A stretch of 64,000 nt of DNA from Ostreococcus lucimarinus (Eukaryota). Below the pieces are notes generated by a model. The model made no database searches. It was not told the origin of the DNA and was given only the letters and a program-made list of their open reading frames with translations. This document shows positions 49,144-59,708 of this stretch, piece after piece. The position numbers were made by a program, and so were the translations under genes. Location: the NCBI GenBank assembly GCA_000092065.1, contig CP000596.1; one strand, 5' to 3'. How positions within the stretch are numbered: position 1 is the first letter of the stretch; the number at the start of each line of letters is the position of its first letter.

Positions 49144-52100
49144 CTAGACGACGCGCGAGAGACGCATGGAACGTAAAATCTTATCCACGAGTTGTGCGAT
49201 CACGGTGTGGGATTGACGCTCGTCGCCGTGGTCGGTGAATAAAGACTTGAGCCTGGCGACGACGTCGTGGCGGATGATGAGCTCCTTGGGACGCTGGGCG
49301 TGCTCGTGGACGACGCCGAGGGTCTTGAGAAGGGTGATGCGGATCGTCGGTTTCGTGGTTGGGGAAGTGATGGCGTCCATGAGGGATGGGATGAAATCCT
49401 CGTTGGCCAGGGCTTGGCACAAGCGGGGGGATTTGGAGATGAGATCGAGCAAGGCTTCGAGGACGTTGGCTTGGGAGGTGGATTCGTCGAGGACCTCGAG
49501 GATGGAATCGATGGCGTCCGTCTCGAGCAAGCGAGCTTCGACTTTCCACGGTTCGATAGCGAGCCAGGAACCGACGGCATTGAGCGCGGAGAGTGTCCAT
49601 CCGGAGTTCACGGCTATGAGCTGGACGTAGGTGTCCAACGCGCCGTGCTTCTCCAAAATTTCGCGCGTTTTCCGACTCGTCGACGCCATGTCGCACAAGA
49701 GCGGCACGGCGAGCGTCATCGCGGAAGAGCGCGCGGTGGTCGCGACTGCGGCGGTGTTGACTTTATCGCCATTCGTGGCCGTCGACATCGAGCCATCTCC
49801 GTTCTTTTCGTCCCGAGCGCTGGCGATGATTTGAACGAGGATTGGAATCAAACCCGCCACGGCGGCTTGCTCCTGACGCTCCTTGTTCACCGCGCACAAG
49901 TTGTGCAACGCCTTCAGCGCCATCTCCCACGATTGCGCGTGACCACTTCGAAAGTTACCTTCGACGCATTTCACCAATTTGGGAATCGCTCCGGCGTTTT
50001 GCAACACATGAAATGCATTCGTTTGTTGAGACAGCAAGTGCACCAGACCGAGAATCTTCGTCGCCGTCGAGCGAGGGACGACGCTCAATTGCGCCAAACA
50101 TCCGTGAATAATTCTCACGTCCACGAGCGCCTTGGAGACTTCTGCGCATCCTTCACCACGTTTGGCGACACGATACAGCGTCTCGGCGACGAGTTCGCGG
50201 TAATACTTGCCCCCACTGGAACCTCCGCTGCGCGATCGACTGATCGTACTCGCGCCGCCGATTGATCCTGTCATCGACGAACCCCCCTCGCTGCGCGCGT
50301 CGTCGATATCGTCCGTGATCATCGCCGCATCTTCTAAACTCGCTGTGTGCGTTGCACCGAGCAAGGTGACAAGTTTCGGGAACAGGCCTGCGCTAGCAAG
50401 GGCAAGCGAGACGGTTTGAGCGAGTTGTTTCGGCAGCTGGTCGCCGCGCTCGATCTCCGCGGCAATATAAATCGCCCCGAGTGCGTATTTGGTGAGCTCG
50501 CGCCCGTTTCCGCTGTATCCGTAATCCAATACGTCGACTAATATGGGAAGCGCCCCGCATGCGACGAGACATCGTGTGAACACCGGTCCAGCCTTGGCGG
50601 TGGCGCGACACAGCCGCAACGCCGCGAGCTTGATCCTCATGCTTGAATCCTTCTTTTTCAGCACCTCTAAAGCCCTAGGTAGCACCGCAAGCGTGACGAA
50701 CGATGTGAGTATATCTCTGCTCAACATACTCGCTGCCGTGACACACTCTAACGCCACCGTTCGCATTCTTGCCGACGCCGATTCATTTTCTAAGACGTTG
50801 ACGAAAACGCCGCACGCTCGCGTGGTAAAGAGCGTCTCGTTCGCCACCAATACGCTCGTAGCGGTCTCCATCGCGCGTACGAATTCTGCACCAGCCTGTT
50901 CGGCGTCATCTATCGCCGCCACATCACTCGTTGACGTGCCGAACGCATCCTTCAAGCGATCGACGATTGAGATGAGCGATTTGTTGAAGTCGATTTGCGC
51001 CTTTGTCACGCCCGAGTCGCTCTTCATAAAGTTCCCCAAATCGCTCTTCATAAAGTTTTCTAAGTCCTTTTGCGAGCTTGAGCGCTCGCTCGCGGCTATT
51101 AGGGGTGACGAATTGGCGGCTGCGGCGTCGTCCGCCGCCGTGACGTCGCCGTTCACGCCAACTTTTGCCATTTGATCGATGACTTTAACGATGACGCCTT
51201 CCTCCGCGTCGTCATTCTGCGTTCGCCCACCGCTCGCGTCTCGTTTGGTCCACGTCTCGGCGAGCACTTTGTGCTCGTCCATCAACCACGTGTGGTTGAT
51301 CAACTCCTCCGCGCTCGGTCGATCTTTCGGGTCCCTTTTGAAGCACAACAACAAGAAATCCCGCAACGCCTCTGAAATCCCCGTCGGCAGCGGCGGGTGC
51401 TCGTCGCGTACGATCCTAAACAACGCCGGCATGGGATCGAGATCAAAATACGGCGGGTTGCTGGTCAATAACTCTATGATAGTACATCCCACGCTCCATA
51501 TATCCGCCGCCGCCGTGACGCTCCGCATTTCGATCACTTCCGGCGCCATCCAATACGGAGTCCCCAGCGCCTTGTCGCCCTCGCCCTCACCCTCGGCTCG
51601 CGTCCCATCGCCAATCCCGCGCCCATCGCTCGCATCACCATCGCTTCCTTCCGACCTCCCCTCCGCCCCGAACACACCACTCAACCCATCCCCCGACGCC
51701 CGTCCGCCCTTTGTCGCCACGCCGAAATCCGCCAACTTCACCACTCCCTCCTTCGTCGTCAATATATTCGCCCCCTTGATGTCCCTGTGCACCACTCCTT
51801 GCGAGTGCAAGTACGCCAACCCTCTCAACACCTGCGCGACGTACACCGCGCACAGGCTCTCCGGGAACGCCCCGAATCGACTCGGATGTACCGTTCGCGC
51901 CAGCGACCCATTCTCCGCGTACTCCAGCATGATGTACAAGCACTCCTCCACGCGCACCGCGCCCTCATATTTCACGATATTCGCGTGTTCGAGCCTCGAC
52001 AGCAGCTCCACTTCGCTCGTGATGCGCTCGAGCTGCTCGACCGGGACGCCGCGCAGCGGAATCTCCTTCACCGCGCAAATCGACCCCGTGCGCTGGTCGA

Positions 52101-52209
52101 CGGCTTTGTGCACGCGCGACGTCGCGCCGGAGCCGATGAGCTCGCCCAGGATGTGGTTACCGACGCGTTTCACCGCGTGGTGCGGCGACGCCGGCGGCGA
52201 CGCCGGCAT
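49144..52209 (-). CDS. MAP3K-epsilon (Cdc7/sepH-type) Ser/Thr protein kinase with C-terminal ARM/HEAT repeats and a long Gly/Asp/Ser-rich activation-loop insert
   Basis: Kinase motifs are GSGATSRVHKAV…AVKEI, HRDIKGANIL, DFGVAT and (about 45-aa insert) GTPYWMAPEV, followed by an ARM-like repeat region. The real ATG is at 52207-52209 (MPASPPASP…); the track start at 52341 is GTG. Confidence 0.85.
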   Translation of the reverse strand: MPASPPASPHHAVKRVGNHILGELIGSGATSRVHKAVDQRTGSICAVKEIPLRGVPVEQLERITSEVELLSRLEHANIVKYEGAVRVEECLYIMLEYAENGSLARTVHPSRFGAFPESLCAVYVAQVLRGLAYLHSQGVVHRDIKGANILTTKEGVVKLADFGVATKGGRASGDGLSGVFGAEGRSEGSDGDASDGRGIGDGTRAEGEGEGDKALGTPYWMAPEVIEMRSVTAAADIWSVGCTIIELLTSNPPYFDLDPMPALFRIVRDEHPPLPTGISEALRDFLLLCFKRDPKDRPSAEELINHTWLMDEHKVLAETWTKRDASGGRTQNDDAEEGVIVKVIDQMAKVGVNGDVTAADDAAAANSSPLIAASERSSSQKDLENFMKSDLGNFMKSDSGVTKAQIDFNKSLISIVDRLKDAFGTSTSDVAAIDDAEQAGAEFVRAMETATSVLVANETLFTTRACGVFVNVLENESASARMRTVALECVTAASMLSRDILTSFVTLAVLPRALEVLKKKDSSMRIKLAALRLCRATAKAGPVFTRCLVACGALPILVDVLDYGYSGNGRELTKYALGAIYIAAEIERGDQLPKQLAQTVSLALASAGLFPKLVTLLGATHTASLEDAAMITDDIDDARSEGGSSMTGSIGGASTISRSRSGGSSGGKYYRELVAETLYRVAKRGEGCAEVSKALVDVRIIHGCLAQLSVVPRSTATKILGLVHLLSQQTNAFHVLQNAGAIPKLVKCVEGNFRSGHAQSWEMALKALHNLCAVNKERQEQAAVAGLIPILVQIIASARDEKNGDGSMSTATNGDKVNTAAVATTARSSAMTLAVPLLCDMASTSRKTREILEKHGALDTYVQLIAVNSGWTLSALNAVGSWLAIEPWKVEARLLETDAIDSILEVLDESTSQANVLEALLDLISKSPRLCQALANEDFIPSLMDAITSPTTKPTIRITLLKTLGVVHEHAQRPKELIIRHDVVARLKSLFTDHGDERQSHTVIAQLVDKILRSMRLSRVV

Positions 52210-52388
52210 GGCGCGTCGGAGAGTGCGTTCGATGCGATTGAGATTGGCGACGACGGTTGAAAATTTGAGATTTCGGCGGAGGCGCGGTCGGCGACGGATG
52301 CACGCGCGATGCGGGACGCGCGCGACGCGAACGCGCGTCACGAACGAAATGAAAAGACTCGCATGAGATTACACGCGAGATGGCGCGG

Positions 52389-55300
52389 TTAGATCTCGGC
52401 CGAGGTGGAGACGTCGAGGATTCGACGGCGAATGACGCGGTCGGCGACGGCGAGTTGGGCGTCGGCGACGGAGGCTCGAACGGCGCGAATCGCGGATGCG
52501 GTCGTGGCGATGATGGCGATCGCGCCGAGAGGCGATTTGGGGGGTAACGTTCCCGCGCGAATGTGCGCGGAGAGGGCGTAGATGGCGTACACGGTGGGGA
52601 TGGCTTGGAAGACGTAAAAGGCGACGACGGCGAGGCGTTGCGACGCGGCGTACGCGACGGTTTCGTAGTGAGGAAAACCGCTCGCCGTTCGGGCGAATGT
52701 GCGGAAGTGTACCGTGGCGTCGCGGAGTTCGGTGATGAGCGAACACGCGATTGCGACGACGAAAACGTCGTGGTGCAACGCGAGGAGCGTGACGGCCAAA
52801 GCGACGACGCGGCGAAACATCTCGCCGCGCTCGCGGCGGGCGCCGTCGACGACGACACGACCGACCATCACCATGACGTACACCTTGAGTAACTCCACCG
52901 CAGCTAACTTTCCAGCCTGCTTTCTTTCGTTCGGAAGTATCCACGAGATGGCGGCGGCGCGCACGTTTTGCGTGTCGTCGATGAAGCGATACGCCGCCGT
53001 GCCGACGGCGGCGGCGACGACTGCCTTGGTCAACGGGACGCTGAGCGCCAAGGAACGTTCCATGAGCGTGCCGTGTGCGCTCGATGCTTCGGCGAGCTTG
53101 ACTTTACTAACCTTTTTACCGAGCTGCGGCAACGCCACGCTCGAGACGACGGCGGCTAAGAAGGTCGCGCAGCTAAAGACTGCGACGACGCCGACGAGCA
53201 GAGGCACAGCCATCGGGAGCATTTCCGTCACTGTTGAAGGATTGCGCTGCGCGAACATCGCACAGATGGCCACTACCACGGCTAAGTATTGAAATTCCGG
53301 CGCGATGGACGAGGTAGAAACCTCGCTTCTAGATGCATCGTCGCTCTTCTTGACCCACGTCATTTGCAAATCGTAAATCAACTTGTTCGCAAACGCAGCC
53401 TCGCAATACGCAAAGTAAAACTCAAACATGCGCAAAAACTTTCGTGAGTAGCCCATAGAAAGGATTCGTTGGGCGTGATGCATCATACGCTCGCGCCACA
53501 ATCGCAAAGTGACGGCATAATGCAAGCCGATATCGTCGTATCCCTCGAGCACGAGACCACGCGGCGAAGCGCTCTTCATCGCCCCCACCGACGGCAAGTG
53601 GCCACCTGGGAAAATGTACGCACGAATGAAGTCGCTTTCACTGTTGCAGTATGACTCGTAGCGGCCGTCCGGCATAGTGATGACTTGGATCGCGGCTCGC
53701 CCGCCGGGTTTCAGCACTCTGTGCACGGTGCCAAAGAACGTCGGCAAGTGTTCGTGTCCGACCGCCTCAAGCATTTCAATCGACACCACCTTGTCGAACG
53801 TTCCTTGCACATCGCGGTAGTCACAAATGACGATGTCGATCAAGTGTGACAAACCGGCGGCTTTGACGCGCGCCGTTGCTTCGGCGTGCTGCTCGTGCGA
53901 CAGTGTCAAACCAGTGACATGGCAATTCTTCTCGCTCGCCATGCGAATCGCGCACGTCCCCCAACCGCAGCCAATCTCAAGCACGCGATCGCCTGGCTTA
54001 ATACCCGCTCGAGCGATCATGGCGTCTATCTTTAAATACTGCGCCTCTTCCAAGTGCTTTTCTTGGGCCTCGAACGTCTTGAACTTCTTCAAAACGTCTA
54101 CGGACATCGCAGCGTCGTCGATAGCGCCGTGAATGGCGCTCGAGTACAACATGGTGTCATCCAAAAACAGCTTGTAGAACTCGTTTCCAGCGTCGTAGTG
54201 GTACTCTATGTTTTTACGAGATCCTTCTTTCGTGTTACTTAACGCCTTGTGTGCTGCCATCTCCATTTGCGCTCCTACCCAGTTAACCGCCTCCGTGAGG
54301 AGACCCACTGGGTCGAGACGCATCTTCGGCTTACAGCTCTCCGTCTCTGCGCCAGAAGCCGCGGGATGGCCTTTGCAAATCATGTCCATGAACCCAATTA
54401 AATCCACGTCGAAATCTCCGTTCATATAACACTCACCAAGACCGATATCTGCGCGCAAAATCGTTTGCATGAAGAGTCTTTGGTTGAATACCGTCATGGT
54501 AATCGTCTCCGACGACGCGTTGGCCTCTTTACCCATCATAAGACGTTCGCTTCCATCCGGTAAAATCATGCGGAGTCGTTTGTCGGCTGGTAACCACCCC
54601 ACGCACGCGCGCTGGAAAAGCGGTAAGACCATCTTCGTGCTCATGGACAACTTTGGATCGCACGACCGCGGCATCCACGGCACGGATGACTTGCCGAGCA
54701 TTTTGTCCACACAATCAACCGCTGATTTGATACCATCCTCGTGAAATCCGTAGCCGCACCACGCGCCGCAAAACCAAACCCGGTCTTTACCTTGTAACGC
54801 CTTGATCTCCTCCTGCGCCGCGATCGCGGCTTTGTTAAATAACGGATGCGCGAGCGTGACTTTGTGTTCGACCGAGCCTGCCTTCGGCTCGCGCGGCGGG
54901 TTCAGCGTGACGAACAAATCCTTCGTCCCAGGGGCGAGGTTTTGCAACAAGTTGACCCAGTAAGTCACACAAACGCTTCGATTTGCGGCTTCTTCGGCGG
55001 GAATGCCTAAGCGATCGCCGCGAAGGCAGTTCCACGATGCCCAGGCATCTTTGTTCCGCGGCATCATTGTTTCGTCGGTGTGCAAATACACGTCATTCTC
55101 TTGATACTTCACCGCCGACAGAGCCGAGACTTCTTCCTCGCTCGCAGCTTTGCCAAGTATTTGTAACGCTTGATCGCTATGGCACGCGAAAACGACGTCG
55201 TCGAAAACCTCGGTGGACTCCTGAACTTTTCCCTTGGCGTCCTCTGTCTTAAAAGTCACGCTCACGCCCCCCGCCACGCGGTACACCTTGGTCACGTACG

Positions 55301-56072
55301 CGCCCTTACGCACGTCTTTGAGCTCGCGCTCAACGGCGTCGACGTAAGCGCTCGATCGACCACTGACGACTCGCCAGAGAGGTCGCTCGATGATGTTTAA
55401 TAAGTGATGGTTCACCCAAAATCGTACGAGCGTGCGCACTGGGAACGCCATCGCGTCGTCGTCGCTGCAGCTCCAAATCGCCGCACACATCGGCACCACG
55501 TACGACTCTTGAAAGAACGCCGAGTACTTGCGAGCTTTGAGGTACTCACCCAAAGAGACGTCCGCGAACTCGCTCGCGCGTTCCGGCGCCAAAACCTCTG
55601 GCGCCTCGCGACCAAAACGTAGAATCTCCCGAATCATATTCAAAAACCGTCCGCTCATCGCGTTCGACTTTTGCGCGAACACGCCTTTCAGTCCTATGCT
55701 CCCCCACTCGACGTCTCCCGTGGACAATGAAAACGACATGTCGCTCGGTTCGCTCTCGACGCCGAGCTCGCCGAACAGGCCCACCAGGTGCGGGTACGTC
55801 GTCAGGTTGAACACCTGGAAGCCCAAATCCACGTCGCACTTCGCCGTGCTCGAGTATTGCGTCAGTGCGTGTCCACCGAGCTTCGTCGACGCTTCGAACA
55901 GCGTCACCGCGCCGCACGAGGGCGTCGAGGGCGCGCTTTGCGCTTTTACACTTTTTGGTCCGCCGCCGGCGTCGTCGGCGTTCTTTTGGAGTAAATACGC
56001 CGCCGACAGGCCGCTGACGCCGCCGCCGATGACGGCGACGCGTTTACCGCGTGTGGTGGCTTCGTCCTTCAT
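52389..56072 (-). CDS. CFAS: Tri-domain fusion of 1,227 aa: N-terminal FAD-dependent amine-oxidase-like domain, a cyclopropane-fatty-acyl-phospholipid synthase (CFAS, SAM methyltransferase) domain, and a C-terminal ~330-aa polytopic membrane domain
   Basis: The FAD Rossmann motif is KRVAVIGGGVSGLSAAYLL. The CFAS region reads NIEYHYDAGNEFYKLFLDDTMLYSSAIH…VLEIGCGWGTCAIRMASEKNCHVTGLTLSHEQ…FDKVVSIEMLEAVGHEHLPTFF…LKPGGRAAIQVIT. After it come six or seven hydrophobic helices (LAVVVAICAMFAQ…, MAVPLLVGVVAVFSCATFLAAVV, VVALAVTLLALHHDVFVVAIACSL, LAVVAFYVFQAIPTVYAIYAL…). Confidence 0.85.
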   Translation of the reverse strand: MKDEATTRGKRVAVIGGGVSGLSAAYLLQKNADDAGGGPKSVKAQSAPSTPSCGAVTLFEASTKLGGHALTQYSSTAKCDVDLGFQVFNLTTYPHLVGLFGELGVESEPSDMSFSLSTGDVEWGSIGLKGVFAQKSNAMSGRFLNMIREILRFGREAPEVLAPERASEFADVSLGEYLKARKYSAFFQESYVVPMCAAIWSCSDDDAMAFPVRTLVRFWVNHHLLNIIERPLWRVVSGRSSAYVDAVERELKDVRKGAYVTKVYRVAGGVSVTFKTEDAKGKVQESTEVFDDVVFACHSDQALQILGKAASEEEVSALSAVKYQENDVYLHTDETMMPRNKDAWASWNCLRGDRLGIPAEEAANRSVCVTYWVNLLQNLAPGTKDLFVTLNPPREPKAGSVEHKVTLAHPLFNKAAIAAQEEIKALQGKDRVWFCGAWCGYGFHEDGIKSAVDCVDKMLGKSSVPWMPRSCDPKLSMSTKMVLPLFQRACVGWLPADKRLRMILPDGSERLMMGKEANASSETITMTVFNQRLFMQTILRADIGLGECYMNGDFDVDLIGFMDMICKGHPAASGAETESCKPKMRLDPVGLLTEAVNWVGAQMEMAAHKALSNTKEGSRKNIEYHYDAGNEFYKLFLDDTMLYSSAIHGAIDDAAMSVDVLKKFKTFEAQEKHLEEAQYLKIDAMIARAGIKPGDRVLEIGCGWGTCAIRMASEKNCHVTGLTLSHEQHAEATARVKAAGLSHLIDIVICDYRDVQGTFDKVVSIEMLEAVGHEHLPTFFGTVHRVLKPGGRAAIQVITMPDGRYESYCNSESDFIRAYIFPGGHLPSVGAMKSASPRGLVLEGYDDIGLHYAVTLRLWRERMMHHAQRILSMGYSRKFLRMFEFYFAYCEAAFANKLIYDLQMTWVKKSDDASRSEVSTSSIAPEFQYLAVVVAICAMFAQRNPSTVTEMLPMAVPLLVGVVAVFSCATFLAAVVSSVALPQLGKKVSKVKLAEASSAHGTLMERSLALSVPLTKAVVAAAVGTAAYRFIDDTQNVRAAAISWILPNERKQAGKLAAVELLKVYVMVMVGRVVVDGARRERGEMFRRVVALAVTLLALHHDVFVVAIACSLITELRDATVHFRTFARTASGFPHYETVAYAASQRLAVVAFYVFQAIPTVYAIYALSAHIRAGTLPPKSPLGAIAIIATTASAIRAVRASVADAQLAVADRVIRRRILDVSTSAEI

Positions 56073-56242
56073 CTCGGCGTCGCCCGCGCGCGCGATGACG
56101 CGTCGAGCGCTGACGTCACTCTGAGGTGGTCACTTTAGGGGACGGCGGGACGAGGCGCGCGCGGACGCGAACGCGGCCACGTTTGGGCGCTACGATGATC
56201 TAATTCTAGTTACACGTTGTTGTGCTAATGTTTGAGCGCGCG

Positions 56243-57712
56243 CTACGTCCACACGATGTGCCGGTCGGAGGTGACCTCGTATCGGCGCTGGTCCACGAGG
56301 CGACGCTTTACGTGGTCGCATCGAAGGTCGGGGTGCGGGAACCGCGCGAGGTCGGCCACGCCGTCGTGGTCGAAATCGGTGGCGGATCGTAATGGAATGG
56401 CGGTCGTGGCGTCGGGCCCGATTCCGAGCGCGGCTTCGGCGTTGTGCTTGGTTTCGAGGACGTGCTGGAGGAATTGTTCCTTGTCGCGCGCGTCTCCGCA
56501 ATACGACGCCGTGACGGTGTGCGCGCCTGGGAACGTACCATCGTCTCCCGCGTTGGCGGTGATGAAATTTCCCGATTCTGCGGTGCTCATGGCGTGGATG
56601 TGGAACTCTCCCGCCGTCGTCGGCACGAGAACGTAGTTGAAGTAACTCTGCTCCGGAAATTCGCCGTAGTTCACCTTGGATACTAATCGACTCTCCCCCT
56701 CGAGCCATCGCTCGCACAAACTCACGCTCCGCGTCGTGGCTGGGAAAATGACGAGCTTCGTGTTCATGTTTCCTTGCGCCTCGAACTCGTTACCGACGTC
56801 TGAGCTCACGACGACGTCGTACTTTTCGAGCGCGCTCGTCCACGCTTCGGTTGGATCGGACAAAAACACCGTGTCCGAATCGAGCATCACCACTGGGATG
56901 CGCGCTTTCAGTAATTCTAAGGCCGCGTGTACCTTGCGCCACGACATGGCGTCGCGCGCGACGCCATCGTTCGGATCTTGCCCGTACGCCCGCGCGAAGT
57001 CGGCGTCGTAAAAGCAATCCACGCCGCGATGCGCCTCGCACGATCGCTGCGTCTCCGTGTCGTACGTCAGCACCGTGACGTGCGGCAACAACGCCGGTGC
57101 CCATCGTTTAACGCTCTGAATCTGCAAATACGTCATCCCCCACTCGAACGGCTTGGTGAGGATTAATATCCGCGCGTCGTCGCTCGCCCGCTGCGTCTCT
57201 CGCACGTGCGTCCGCAGCCCCGGCACGCCGCGTCCCGGCGACCGCAGTCCCGGCACGCGCGTGCGCAGCGATATCCTATTTATCACATCCGCCTTCGCCG
57301 GCGCCCGCATCCGCGCTTCCGCGCTCAACGGCGCTCCGAAAAAGTTCCCTCGCTCGTTCGCCGTCCCGCCCAGCCTCGCCGTCGCCCTCGATCGCCCCGC
57401 CGCGCCCTCTCGCACCGCCGCGACCGCGAGCGCGCACGCCAGCGCGACCGCCACCGCGACCGCGATCCCCGAGCCGCGCGTTCGCGCGCCGATTCGCCTC
57501 GCGCGGCGCACCTCGGCGACGCGTTCGTCCTCAACACCATTCGCTTCCCGCGCGCGCGACTCCGTCCCGTACGCCGTCGACGCGCCGCGCGCCATCAGCC
57601 CCGTCGCGGGGTCCTCGCTCGACATCTCCGCGCGTCGACGCTCGCGCGCGCGCGCGTCGCGGTGTGCCGCGCGCGTCGCCCGCGCGCCGCGCGAAGATGT
57701 CGTAACACCCAT
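56243..57712 (-). CDS. Type-II membrane nucleotide-diphospho-sugar glycosyltransferase (Nucleotid_trans/GT77-like) with a DxD motif
   Basis: The N-terminal cytosolic tail is followed by a signal anchor (IAVAVAVALACALAVAAV). The catalytic region contains IPVVMLDSDTVFLSDPTEAW (DxD), VVVSSDVGNE and KLVIFPATTRS. An alternative ATG lies at 57623-57625. Confidence 0.55.
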   Translation of the reverse strand: MGVTTSSRGARATRAAHRDARARERRRAEMSSEDPATGLMARGASTAYGTESRAREANGVEDERVAEVRRARRIGARTRGSGIAVAVAVALACALAVAAVREGAAGRSRATARLGGTANERGNFFGAPLSAEARMRAPAKADVINRISLRTRVPGLRSPGRGVPGLRTHVRETQRASDDARILILTKPFEWGMTYLQIQSVKRWAPALLPHVTVLTYDTETQRSCEAHRGVDCFYDADFARAYGQDPNDGVARDAMSWRKVHAALELLKARIPVVMLDSDTVFLSDPTEAWTSALEKYDVVVSSDVGNEFEAQGNMNTKLVIFPATTRSVSLCERWLEGESRLVSKVNYGEFPEQSYFNYVLVPTTAGEFHIHAMSTAESGNFITANAGDDGTFPGAHTVTASYCGDARDKEQFLQHVLETKHNAEAALGIGPDATTAIPLRSATDFDHDGVADLARFPHPDLRCDHVKRRLVDQRRYEVTSDRHIVWT

Positions 57713-57822
57713 CGACGGCGCGACACAAATCGTCGCGCGAGCGCGCGCGAGCGTCGCGCTCGACGCCCGGCGCCGACTCGAGCGACGCGCGAACGCGATC
57801 GACGCGCGATCGACGACGCGCG

Positions 57823-59406
57823 ATGGCGCGAACGGAGCGCACGGCGCTGCTGCGCGGCGATGAAGACGTGGAAATCGCGTTGAAAACGCGTCGCGGCGAC
57901 AAAGACGCGTCCGCGGACGACGCGCGCGAGGCTCTCGGGCGACGCGAGAGGCGCGCGCGCGAGTCGAACGGTGGCGCGGAGGCGTCGACGAGCGCGCGCG
58001 GGATGAAGACGGCGCGCGCGGTGGTGGTGGGGACGTTGGCGGCGGGGGCGATCGCGGCGGGCGTCGCGGCGTTCGCGGCGTCGCCGCGCGCGGCGTCGAT
58101 GACGGCCGATCGCGCGTTCGCGTCGCTCGGTGAGCGAGGAATGGCGATGTTGGGCTCGAGCGAGGGCGCGGGTCGCGACGCGAGACCGGTGCCGGTGCTG
58201 TCGAAACGATTTCCGGGATACGCGGCGCCGTTTAGCGGACGTTTCGAACGCATCGGCGAGTGGCCCGAGCACTGGTTGGTGAAGTGCTCGAAGCACGTGG
58301 TGTGCGAGCAATCACACTTGGGAGCGTTTTTGGGGTCTCGTGACGCGCCCGCGCCGTATGCTAACCCGCTCGGGCACGGGCTGCCGCGTGGATACGTGCG
58401 GCCAGACCAGGCGCGCATAAACGAGTTCATCTCGACGTGGGACAGCAACGCTAGACAGGCGCACGGGGGGGTGTATGAGCTGCCGCAAGCTGGCAAGGCT
58501 AAAATGGTCGCGATGGCGCATAATTCTGCGTACTTTTACAACTTTGTGCACGTGCCAAAGGCGGGCGGGTCGTATTTTTCCATCACCGTCTTGATGGAAG
58601 CCCTGGAGCGCAGCGGTGAGCATCACGGGTATCCGTACAAACTCACGCACGAGCCCGTATCGCACTGGATCACGCTTCCACAGGTGGATCTTACGCAGAC
58701 AAACGTGAAGGAGACGTATACACATTTCCAGGAAGGGAAGCCGGAGGGCATTTTTGGACCCGAAAATACCAAACAAATGTATAAAGAAGGCAAGCGGATG
58801 TTCGGAAAGGGCCAGTTCGGCATGGGACTGTGCGGAGTTATTCACGCACCGTGCGTGTACTTGACTGTGTTGCGCGATCCGGTGGAACGTTACTTGAGTC
58901 ATTACAAGTACTCGTGCTTGGCCGGGTCTGAGGGCGCCGCGCAGTGGTTACCCGAGTGGAAAGAACTCGACCGTTGCCCGTTGGATCCGATCGAGTTCAT
59001 GGACTACCTCGGACCAAACCTGGACTGGACGATCGAGCTCGCCCCTGGCGCGAAGAACGCGCAAGAGCGCATGGAGACAGCCAAAAGAAATCTCGACAGT
59101 AACTGCTTGCGATACCTCATACTCGAGAAGTACGAAGACGGGTTGGATAAACTCGGCGCGACGTACGCCGATTTCTTATTTTTGAACAAAGAGCCCGCGA
59201 AAGAAAGGCACAAAAAAAAAAACGAAAAGGCCAAAAACGCCGGGCACGGCGTGAGCGAAGGCGAGCAAGACAGGTTTGACATCTACATGAAGAACCAAAC
59301 CATCGTCGACGCCATCGCCGCGCGTCACGCAAAGATGAAGGAAGTGTACGACTACGCGGTCGCCAAATACGAAGCCAACTGGGCGCGCGCGCCGGGGAGC
59401 TGCTAA
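57823..59406 (+). CDS. Type-II membrane carbohydrate sulfotransferase, paralog 1 (Sulfotransfer_2/HS6ST-Gal3ST-like)
   Basis: The signal anchor is AVVVGTLAAGAIAAGVAAFAA. The 5'-PSB motif is FVHVPKAGGSYF. The 3'-PB motif is YLTVLRDPVERYLSHYKYSCL. There are conserved luminal Cys. Confidence 0.7.
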   Translation: MARTERTALLRGDEDVEIALKTRRGDKDASADDAREALGRRERRARESNGGAEASTSARGMKTARAVVVGTLAAGAIAAGVAAFAASPRAASMTADRAFASLGERGMAMLGSSEGAGRDARPVPVLSKRFPGYAAPFSGRFERIGEWPEHWLVKCSKHVVCEQSHLGAFLGSRDAPAPYANPLGHGLPRGYVRPDQARINEFISTWDSNARQAHGGVYELPQAGKAKMVAMAHNSAYFYNFVHVPKAGGSYFSITVLMEALERSGEHHGYPYKLTHEPVSHWITLPQVDLTQTNVKETYTHFQEGKPEGIFGPENTKQMYKEGKRMFGKGQFGMGLCGVIHAPCVYLTVLRDPVERYLSHYKYSCLAGSEGAAQWLPEWKELDRCPLDPIEFMDYLGPNLDWTIELAPGAKNAQERMETAKRNLDSNCLRYLILEKYEDGLDKLGATYADFLFLNKEPAKERHKKKNEKAKNAGHGVSEGEQDRFDIYMKNQTIVDAIAARHAKMKEVYDYAVAKYEANWARAPGSC

Positions 59407-59436
59407 TCAGATCCCAAAATTAGAACCATAACTGTA

Positions 59437-59466
59437 ACATCAACGCGCATCAACGCGCATCAACGC
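59437..59466. repeat. (CATCAACGCG)x3 tandem decamer between the two sulfotransferase paralogs, just downstream of a TGTAA poly(A)-type signal
   Basis: The sequence reads ctgtaacatcaacgcgcatcaacgcgcatcaacgcg. Confidence 0.5.
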
Positions 59467-59708
59467 GCTGGATGGAGCGCGCGTCCAAAGTCCAAAATCG
59501 CCGAGCGCGCCGCCGGCGCCTCCGTCTCGTCGATGTCTGCTCGCGCCTCACTGCGCCGCGCGCGGCGTCTCGCGCGAACGCCCACGGCTCGAACGCGCGT
59601 CTAAAACGCTTTCGAGCGCGAGCGACGCCTCCGCGTTCGCGAGCGATCGCCGGCGACGCCCCGAGCGACGATCTCTCGCGGCGGGCGGGGCGTAACACCC
59701 TCTGGACG

